From NCBI GenBank assembly GCA_000091205.1, contig AP006501.2: 64,000 nucleotides of DNA. One strand, given 5' to 3'. This document shows positions 55,368-64,000 of the stretch, piece by piece. The notes below the pieces were generated by a model, which saw only the letters and a program-made list of their open reading frames with translations, was not told the DNA's origin and made no database searches. This stretch comes from Cyanidioschyzon merolae. Its lineage: Eukaryota. Position 1 is the first letter of the stretch; each line of letters opens with the position of its first letter. Position numbers and translations under genes: made by a program.

Positions 55368-55612
55368 GAGAAGAGAACGTGTCTCGGAGACCCGATACCT
55401 CCCGTGTGTCTAGACGGAAGCCGTACCCCTGTTTCCCTTAAGCGCCGGTGCACGCGAACTCGTACCGAGTCGAGGCAACGACCAGACAAGCCGAGGTGCC
55501 GGTACGCTTTCACCAGCCTGTTCCGAGCTCCGAGTCCAATCAGTGCAGAAAACTTTTACAACGGCGTTTCGTTACCCTCTGGGCAGTGCAGGTGCCACGA
55601 AATGAAGGAACT

Positions 55613-55614
<2 letters not shown>

Positions 55615-55647
<33 letters not shown>
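55615..55647. repeat. (CAG)11 microsatellite, about 250 bp upstream of the TrhO-OMT start codon
   Basis: Direct read. Confidence 0.95.
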
Positions 55648-55650
<3 letters not shown>

Positions 55651-58574
55651 AGTATGTCGCGGTGTAAGGTTCGCGGAAACGCGAGCCTGAGGCAGTCGGT
55701 ATCCGCCGTCGAAGAGTTGGGTCCAAGCTTATGTGCGATACCTGCAGGTTCTGTGAGAAACTTCCTCCAACGCTTGTTTGTGTTTCTATAGCATCGGAGC
55801 TGCGAACCAGAGTCCAATGGATATGTGGATGCTATCTATACCCAGAGGGAGGTTTCCGATGTTCCGCAGACGCCTCCGGAACGCACCTACCCGTAGAACA
55901 ATCGTCTTCTCGAGGGGTGCGCGTTGAACGAACTGGCAACCGTCCCTGCGCCGAGCCTAACACCGGCTCTTGAAGCGGTGCTAAAAACTGCCTCCAAGTA
56001 CCTGGTGCCGTCACCTGGGAAGTAGCACGGCGAGCAATGCTCTTAGCCGCCACTATCACAAGAGGAGCGCACTTGATACTGCTAGGTTTTGTGCGTGCAC
56101 GAGCCAGTTGTCACAGCAAACTGCATACGTTTATGCGGTACCCCGTCTGAAGAAGCCCTGCAAGATAGCTCTGGGTTCAGATGCCTATCGCCGAGGTCCT
56201 CCACATGCAGTAAAGCTGATTCGGATAGAAATCAGCCCGTGCTACGCCCGTGGCGGTTTGAAATAGAAGCAGCTCCATCTTGTGCACCTGGACCTAATCG
56301 CTAAACTTTCGGTCTCTTCCCAGCGTCACAAACAGCAGCCCCTGCGAGCGTTGGCTGCGACTGCATCCTTTTCCTCTTTCTCGTATTCGGCACGAAAGAC
56401 GTCGGCCAATCTTTTGCCTCAAGGTGCATTGCCAGCAGTCGAAGGGCCGTGATAGCAGCATTCAAGTGTCAATTTCGTAGCTTCCCGCGGTTGTCTACAC
56501 ATCTGAAATGCAAGCGGATATTGCGCTTGACGAATCTTTGTCGTAGGCAGCCGAGGAACGCCCCTCGCAAAGGGTAACACTCGACTGTGGTCAGGCGCTC
56601 CTAAATATCCATCGAACCTCTTGATGTTCCGATTACCGCCCAGTTTTGCACGTAAACGGTTGGTTCATCGCCGGATACATGCCTTGGGCTGCTACAGATG
56701 GCTCTCAGCGATGCTCTCCTCGGTATTCGGGCACGCTGTCGTGTCCTTCGATCATGGGCTTCTTCTAAGTGGTCCCCAAGGTGCTGTCGCTGTCTGTTGT
56801 ACAAGAAAGCGAACGGAGCCTCATTGAATACAGGATTTGTGGCACGGCACCTTGTTCATCATGGACCAAGTACCGGATGGTTAAATATATTTTTCGGAGA
56901 ACAAGTTTACAAATTTCGATGCTTCTACGCAGCCTCTACCCACGGCTGTGACGCATTTTTCTCCAGAAGCAATCGTAGTGATCACTGAGGGCAGAGTGCA
57001 AGACCCTTTTGCATGCAAACAAAAGAGACGATATCGTCTGGAAGTATATCTTGTGACAGGTATCGAGTTGCGGTCGACAACTGTTTCTTGAATGCACACA
57101 AAGAGAGAAGGGTTTCTTTTTAGAACGAACTCTACTATTTGAGGTGAAAGGTTCAGCGAACTTTCAACAAGATCTTGCGAGCAAGACTTCAAAGGACGAA
57201 GTCGAGTACTTTTCATTATATATCCAGCGACGTGAATCGCTCCACCGGAGAGTTGCCCTGAGACAGGAGGATCCAAAACTTGAGCGATACGTGATCGAAT
57301 ACGCAGCAAAATAGGGAAAGGAGAAACGCACAGGCTGTAAGAATGAAATCGGACCATGATAATAGCGGTTACACGAACTCTTGTTTGCGAGCATCGCAAA
57401 TCATCTTGCTAATGACGGTGACGTAACGAAATCCAACGCAAACGCGTCGAATGAGCCAACCAGAAAAGTGCGGCGGAGAATCCTGAAACCATACATGAAT
57501 CCATACGCCCCTCTCCCTCCAGTTCGATTTTCGAGGCTTTGCATCACAGAAAATAACTCAGGGGAGACTCGAAACGCAGGAACAGAACGACAAGCTGAGT
57601 GTTCTATTCTCGTCCGACGCAGGTGGTACCACGTGCATGAAGCACACAGGTCGGAAGCTGTCGCTTCATGGACAAGTGCCCGTGAATGCGCCAAGAGGTT
57701 TTGCCACGCACGTACAAATATATTTTTATCGTATGGAATTCAGCACCAGTAGTTCCGCATCAGCACACATAACGCTGGCCAATGTTTCCGAAATGTGTCT
57801 ATACCACTGCATTGAGCAACACCAAGCCTTCTCTCTGGGTTCATCCATGCTCAGTGCCAATTCAATACTCTGGGAAAGAAAGTCTGGGCTCGCTTCAGCC
57901 AGAGCACAACTGGCGATCACCGGTCGGATATCCTAGCTTCAGTTGCGCGTGACGCCACCTGCCGGGGCACTCGCCAAACATGGCTACCTAGTGCACCCTC
58001 TTGCAGCAAATGCTCATCACACTTTGATGTATTCGCAAAATACCTCGTTCATAGCCTCGCTTCGCATAGAATGTCGGTCTTGGTCGCTGCCGGCGTTTAG
58101 CCTACTGAAATGTTTGCAGTATCGCCTGAGGCTCGGATCGACCAGGGCGCCTACCTTCCGTTCGGATACATTCCCGCGAAACGGATACGCACGCGGGGCC
58201 AGCACATGGTACACCTCTTCATTGGTGGATGACAAGCAAAAGCCCCGATCGCCAACCGACCATGCATTCCACACAGACACTTTTGTAAAGGAGTGATGCG
58301 GCGTGCAGCGCTCTTCCGAACAGCCACCTGTGTGCCACGCGCCGTGCCGCAACGGTACGCCTACCGACGTGCAGACGCTCCGAGTATAAGCCAGCGAACA
58401 CGAGTCCCGATTCTGCGTCTGATGAATGACACCTCAACTGGCCGCCCCCAAAGATATTTTGAAGTGCCAATATATCTCCGTGTTGTGTCTGCGCATCGAC
58501 GCTACAACTATGATTATCACGGACATTTACGGGCGACACGACGCACGGTGCAACGTACGCAGTGATAGGTTTGT

Positions 58575-59333
58575 ACAACGGAAATTATGGACCTTGGAAC
58601 CTGTACGTAGGGTGACGAGCGATGGATGCTAACCAGCATACCGGTCTCCGTGCCACTATGAAGCATTCGTGGTTACGATAAACATCCTATCAAATAAAAC
58701 AAGAACTTGAATAGAGCGAATCAGCGACGTACTGCACAAACACGACGTTTGGAGCGGCAGATACGACGGAAATTATGGACCTTGGAACCTGTACGTAGGG
58801 TGACGAGCGATGGATGCTATCCAGCATACAGGTCCCCGTGCCACTATGAAGCATTCGTGGTTACGATAAACATCCTATCAAATAAAACAAGAACTTGAAT
58901 AGAGCGAATCAGCGACGTACTGCACAAACACGACGTTTGGAGCGGCAGATACGACGGAAATTATGGACCTCGGAACCTGTACGTAGGGTGACGAGCGATG
59001 GATGCTATCCAGCATACAGGTCCCCGTGCCACTATGAAGCATTCGTGGTTACGATAAACATCCTATCAAATAAAACAAGAACTTGAATAGAGCGAATCAG
59101 CGACGTACTGCACAAACACGACGTTTGGAGCGGCAGATACGACGGAAATTATGGACCTTGGAACCTGTACGTAGGGTGACGAGCGATGGATGCTATCCAG
59201 CATACCGGTCTCCGTGCCACTATGAAGCATTCGTGGTTACGATAAACATTCTATCAAATAAAACAAGAACTTGAATAGAGCGAATCAGCGACGTACTGCA
59301 CAAACACGACGTTTGGAGCGGCAGATACGACGC
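58575..59333. repeat. Tandem array: 188-bp unit in about 4 copies
   Basis: 'gaaattatggaccttggaacctgtacgtagggtgacgagcgatggatgct...' recurs at 58581, 58769, 58957 and 59145 (period 188). Identical 63-aa ORFs recur at 58707, 58895, 59083 and 59271. The array ends about 100 bp before the likely start of the lunapark-like gene. Confidence 0.95.
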
Positions 59334-59337
59334 GCCA

Positions 59338-60723
59338 TTGGAGACGCATATCTGGAGCGTTCGCGGTATCGCTTGCGCTGCGCAGGCTGTGGGAAACTGC
59401 TTGTACTTGCCCATGGGTTTTCTATGGTGGTTGGGTATGGGATCAAGTCGTGAACCGCGCGAGAGTCGCCGACTAGCGCGTCTCGAGAAGCGCATATCGG
59501 TTCTCAGTGGTCGACTCGAGGCTTGGCGACGACGGAAAGAGCGAACGCTAGCCGCCTTCCGCCTTTACGCCTTCTTCTTTGTGTGCATCTGGACTGCTTA
59601 CGCCTTTACTTTCAATGACTTGTTGTTTCTGGGGGCATTTGCGAATAGCAGGCTCAGGGCTGTTCTCGTGCTGTCGACGAGTGGTGGTGCATACCTCTTT
59701 TTGTACAAGATCGCTTCGCTCTGGTATCGTTGGCGCATCGAGTCCGCCGAGGAGAGACTTGCCAAGTATCGGGAAGAAAAGGCCGAGCTTTTAGAACAGC
59801 TGAAAGAAAGCACCCGGTTCTACGAGACAATAAAGCTGCTGGAGAAGTACGGTGGTGTACCGGACGCGCTTCGCCCGATCAGCAGCGCGGAAGAGTCGAG
59901 GGCAGCGTCTCCAACGGCAACATCTGGCACACCTGGAGCAGTGCGGGCACCTGGAGAGCAAGAAACAGCTTCCAGCTCGGGCGTTGCATCACCTAGCGCA
60001 GGCACGAGTGGTTCTCCGAGAAGCTCTACAATTGCCCGCTTGACCAACCGCGTCGTTGATGTCCTAACCAAGGACGAAGAGGACTGGGATGAGCCCCAGA
60101 CTGCCCGTGAAGCGTTCCTTATAGGACGCCTGCGCGAAATGCGGGAAGCGCTCACACGTGAGCACAGCCAGCGTCTTCAGCTGCAACGTGCCCTCGAGAG
60201 CCTCGAACGGCAGCTGTGCGACTTACGGTCGCCGTCACATCCAGAGCCTGCAGCATGCCCTTCGGATCCTTCTAATCTGGAAAACAGGCGGATACCAGAG
60301 AACAATCCCGAGACTTCTGGCAGAGGTGTGAAGGCGGCAGCAGTCACCCTGTCCACGAGCAAGGCTGGTTCTCTTCATATGGAGGACGCGGGCGTGTCAC
60401 CGATCACTGGTCATGGACAGCGACGTGGCGTCTTGAATAATTCCCCAACTGAGCCGGTGTCGCGAGCACAGCTCAACGACGAACCCATGGATTCAGTATT
60501 GAGCTCCAGCGTGGATAGGTCAGCCCTGTCGCTGCACAAATCGAACGAGGATGAATCCGAAATCTGTGCACAGCGCAGCGGGCATCCACGGCAACCCAGC
60601 ACTGAGCAGAGCGGTACTCCCATTGGGCACGGCCCATCGAGCGGATCGCGGAACGAGTCGCCTCTGCAGACGATGCAAAAGCTCCGCCGCCAGCGCCTAA
60701 ACCCTTCTCGTACAGAGCGCTAA
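59338..60723 (+). CDS. Lunapark-like ER junction protein (N-terminal lunapark domain), divergent. The likely start is Met34 at 59437 ('MGSSRE', an N-myristoylation-type start).
   Basis: 'LARLEKRISVLSGRLEAWRRRKERTLAAFRLYAFFFVCIWTAYAF...LVLSTSGGAYLFLYKIASLWYRW...EKAELLEQLKESTRFYETIKLLEKYGG' parallels the lunapark N-terminus: a coiled coil, two TM hairpin segments, then 'ETYKTAKLILERFDP'. No CxxC zinc finger is evident in the Ser/Pro-rich C-terminal half. Confidence 0.5.
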   Translation: METHIWSVRGIACAAQAVGNCLYLPMGFLWWLGMGSSREPRESRRLARLEKRISVLSGRLEAWRRRKERTLAAFRLYAFFFVCIWTAYAFTFNDLLFLGAFANSRLRAVLVLSTSGGAYLFLYKIASLWYRWRIESAEERLAKYREEKAELLEQLKESTRFYETIKLLEKYGGVPDALRPISSAEESRAASPTATSGTPGAVRAPGEQETASSSGVASPSAGTSGSPRSSTIARLTNRVVDVLTKDEEDWDEPQTAREAFLIGRLREMREALTREHSQRLQLQRALESLERQLCDLRSPSHPEPAACPSDPSNLENRRIPENNPETSGRGVKAAAVTLSTSKAGSLHMEDAGVSPITGHGQRRGVLNNSPTEPVSRAQLNDEPMDSVLSSSVDRSALSLHKSNEDESEICAQRSGHPRQPSTEQSGTPIGHGPSSGSRNESPLQTMQKLRRQRLNPSRTER

Positions 60724-62083
60724 ATGAATCGGAAAACGCATCTTGGTGCCCTGGTTGGTGCAAGCACCTCTGGATATGGACTCGAATCGCTGACCAATGT
60801 CAGGGCTGCGATCATTCCGCGTCTACACGGGCAGCGAACGAGATGCGTTGTCCAGGTGGTGGTGTATAAGATGCCGCCAACGTAAATTGTCGGAGTGCCC
60901 AGGGATCGTTGTATTCCTGATCAAGTGTGCTCGACCGGCCAGTTGGATGGCGCTGCGCTCACTTGGCGAATCTCCCAACTCTTTGGAGGGGATACGTTGC
61001 CGGTCGCCTGTTCGGATGTGGGGCGTTCATTCGCAGGTGGCCGGCTAGAGAAGCATCGCGGAGGTTCCCCAGATCGACGTGCGGCGCTCGATGACGCTTT
61101 CATAGACTGAATGTGGGCTGGGACCTGCCCCGCAACAACGACTCTATTTGCGGCACTTGGCCAGTTCGTCCAGGAGAATGCGTCATTTGGCCGTCCTACT
61201 TGGAAAGACTCCTAGTCGTGTGCATCGCGGGTTTTCCCAACCACGGGAAACAACCCAAGCGCTCCATCGAAAATGCTTTGGAATAAAATTTGAACCACGA
61301 CATGCACACGAACATTCGCAGCGCATACCAGATTTCCCAGCAACAGCGTGACATAAAGTGGGCAACTGCGTATGCTGCTAGCGTTCGTTCCTCATATATT
61401 CAGATAGCAGCAGCAAAGAAAGGAGACCAACGCGTATGCTGCCGCTCAAGCACCGATACAGTGTCCACCACAACATGCACGAGGGACCAATCTTCCTGTC
61501 TGAGCGGGTTACAGTACTGCGAAAGTGCGGGAGCATCCAAGGACAGGCGACTGCTGGTTTGTTGTCTTGCTCACGAGTGGTCCCGCTTAGCGTCAGCAGC
61601 ATCGACAGTGGCACACCCACCGATGTGGCAATACGTCGCTGGTAGCACTCTGTTCATTCGCGTGCACGGCTGGGAATCGGTAGAAACTGTGGTTGCAGGC
61701 GTGGTATCCGGGGATCTCAACATGCAGCTTGTCGTATCCAGCCCCATATCGTCACTCCTGGAACGAGGTGATGCCTGTGTGCATACAGAGTCATTCACGA
61801 AACCTTGCAACGCCACCGAAGCGCTGCTGTAGAGACGTGTCTGCCTCATGATACGGAAAATAATCGTGCGCGTATACTTTTCCAATATACTGAGCACATT
61901 TCCCGTTAGCACAGACAAGTTCGATGGACGGGTATGACAGTGCGTGCTTTTGTTTCCATTTGGTCGTTGCAAATCACCCGTTAGCATAGACTAGGTCGAT
62001 ATACAAGCGCGAACGTACGTACCTTCGTTTCCATGTGTTGTTCACACATCTCTTGTTTGCCTAGACTAGGTTCTTTCGTCGAG

Positions 62084-63580
62084 TCAGTGGGGTACTGCAC
62101 CAGTGGGATCCGGCGGATTCGACTCTTGTCTATCGTATTGATGAAAGGCGCCCTCTCCGATGAGCTTTTGCGCAAACAGATGATCATAGATACGATACGC
62201 TTTCTTGTCGTCAATACCGAGCAACAGGCGTACATCTTTTCGACGGACAGCGCCTGTGCGAGCGTTCTCGCGCAAGAGGATCTCTTTGCACACCAGGTAC
62301 TGGTGCGGCGAAAGTCGCAGACCAGCACAGAGCTCGGTCTCACTCCTTGTCAAGAGTTCGATGCCATCCGTACAAAAGAGCTCTGGTCCAGACTGGCGTC
62401 GGAGACTGCTCACTTGCCCATTCCAGTACGCATACAGATCAATGCCGTTCACTTTCAGCACGCGTTCACGAATTTGCTCGGCATCCGGTCCCGTGAGCGC
62501 ACCATGTACTCGCTGCAGCAGTTCTTCTGAAGGCAACAGTCGACGACCGACCCCTGGGGTAAGTTTTGAAACGTCCACAAACGCTGCTGCCGCTGCCAGC
62601 TGCGTCGCCTGCAACTGCACTCGAGCTTGATAGAGCGCTTCGATGCGCTCTCGCAAATGGCGTTCACGAAGCATCCCTAACAGAAGATCTTCGTGAATTT
62701 GAGGGTTGAGCGAATGCCGAAAAAATGGTTTCGAGTGCTCCCAGAGGTCACGCAGATCTGGACTCATGGCTTTCTCTACACGACTCTTAGCCTTCAGGTC
62801 ACAGAAACCAGAACCCAGGGCGAAGCGTTTGCGCTCGACCCGCTCATCGAGGCAGTGATTGTAGATCTCCATGACGCGGGTCTTGAGTTCAACGTCACGA
62901 GCGTTTTCCGTGCGTTCGATTTCCATGTCTGCCACGATTTCCTCCCTTTCGTTATCCCATTCGTAGATAAAGTCACCACGCTTCGGCATGTATCCCGACA
63001 TTTCATCAATGGTGTACTCGTGCATCACTTTGAGACTTTTCGGGTCTGGCTCGGGTAGCTCTTGAATTTCTTGGGTAGCAGGTCGCGGCAGCAATGTTGG
63101 ACGAAAGATATCCGCGATTCCTGTTGGTGTGGCCTCCAGGTAAACACGCGTATAATGCAGTTCTGCGTAGCGTGCATTCTTGCCGCCTCCGATCATGGTC
63201 GAAACATCGGACCAGTTGCCGATGCCGTAGTATTCGAGCGCTTCGAGGAGACGTTCCTCCTCAGCACCCGTCCAGCTCTCTTCGAAAACGTCCACATCTA
63301 CGACCTCCAAAACTCGGTAATCGTGATTGGAACGATGATCATCAGTTTCTGCTCCGATGGAGAAACAGTCAATACAGAGGTCGTACTCGACGCAGACCGC
63401 ACATCGAATGCGGACGGTGTCTGAGATATCCCGAGCGCAGTTGTTACAGTGGTATCTGCCTGAAGTGCTCGTTACCGGTTGTTTGGATGACTTGCGAGCA
63501 CCTCCGCGACGTTTTCGGGAGCGTTTCACATCGATATCCGCAACGTCACTGCTAGCAGAGTGCCCTGCAGTGGAGTCCAT
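62084..63580 (-). CDS. ADA2: Transcriptional adapter ADA2 (SAGA/ADA complex), with ZZ zinc finger and SANT domain
   Basis: 'YHCNNCARDISDTVRIRCAVCVEYDLCIDCFSIGAETDDHRSNHDYRVLE' is the ZZ finger. 'WTGAEEERLLEALEYYGIGNWSDVSTMIGGGKNARYAELHYTRVYL' is the SANT/Myb domain. The C-terminal region is SWIRM-like. Confidence 0.85.
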   Translation of the reverse strand: MDSTAGHSASSDVADIDVKRSRKRRGGARKSSKQPVTSTSGRYHCNNCARDISDTVRIRCAVCVEYDLCIDCFSIGAETDDHRSNHDYRVLEVVDVDVFEESWTGAEEERLLEALEYYGIGNWSDVSTMIGGGKNARYAELHYTRVYLEATPTGIADIFRPTLLPRPATQEIQELPEPDPKSLKVMHEYTIDEMSGYMPKRGDFIYEWDNEREEIVADMEIERTENARDVELKTRVMEIYNHCLDERVERKRFALGSGFCDLKAKSRVEKAMSPDLRDLWEHSKPFFRHSLNPQIHEDLLLGMLRERHLRERIEALYQARVQLQATQLAAAAAFVDVSKLTPGVGRRLLPSEELLQRVHGALTGPDAEQIRERVLKVNGIDLYAYWNGQVSSLRRQSGPELFCTDGIELLTRSETELCAGLRLSPHQYLVCKEILLRENARTGAVRRKDVRLLLGIDDKKAYRIYDHLFAQKLIGEGAFHQYDRQESNPPDPTGAVPH

Positions 63581-64000
63581 TGGTGAACGTGGCGCCTGTA
63601 GCCGTGCTCTAGTATGTACTGAATCACAACGCTAGAGCGGAACACTAGATAAAACTGTACAAGCGCTAACAGCGCTAAAAAGGCAGCCGCTAGCGTCCGT
63701 GAAACGCTCGGTGGTCTTCACCACCAGACGGGAAACGAGTGCCTCGTTGTTACAACGGACACCTCGTTCACAAAACGCTCAGTCGAAACAGCAGAGACGC
63801 GCGCTTTCCCACCGAATACGATGAAGTCAGAAAAGGTCGCTCAGTCTCGCTATGGAGTCAGCGGCACACAGCGTAACAACGTCCACACCGCCGAGTACTC
63901 CCAGCTGGTGCGCTAACTGTGGGTGTACCCGCTGCTAGCAGGTGCCTCCCAGGCTCTCTAGAGACCTCGTGAGTTTCTTTCCGAGAAGCGTCGCTCAGCT

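Overview
Content: this is a gene-dense, GC-rich (roughly 55-60%) stretch of a eukaryotic nuclear genome that appears intron-poor (uninterrupted ORFs up to 2402 aa). Genes sit on both strands, so it is not a trypanosomatid polycistron. The organism is probably a protist such as a stramenopile or oomycete, but I cannot place it from sequence alone. Identifications come from reading the supplied six-frame translations for family-specific motifs; no searches were run. Recognisable genes are Tim17, a giant TPR-like/low-complexity protein, tRNA isopentenyltransferase, RRS1, a Nudix CoA-pyrophosphatase-like protein, NAA30/MAK3 acetyltransferase, a MutL-homolog endonuclease C-terminal-domain protein, a guanylate kinase with a long membrane-domain N-terminus, a PRP31-like Nop-domain protein, a USP deubiquitinase, a TPT/SLC35-type transporter, a GT25-like glycosyltransferase, a TDT/SLAC1-family anion transporter, an OS-9/Yos9-like MRH lectin, a lunapark-like protein and ADA2. 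Two things stand out. (1) Three diverged, decayed copies of a TnpB/Fanzor-like (OMEGA-type RuvC nuclease) gene relic lie at 1-680 (+), about 23620-24690 (-) and about 31770-32905 (+). Only the first keeps the RuvC-III catalytic Asp. (2) A single 772-aa ORF fuses a TrhO/YceA-type rhodanese tRNA U34 hydroxylase to a TrmR/CCoAOMT-type SAM O-methyltransferase, a predicted one-polypeptide ho5U-to-mo5U pathway. Other notable features are a 1.3-kb near-identical direct segmental duplication (9636-10958 and 19796-21118) that copies the start and upstream region of the giant gene, a 188-bp x4 tandem array abutting the lunapark-like gene, an 82-bp x5 minisatellite, and several microsatellites.
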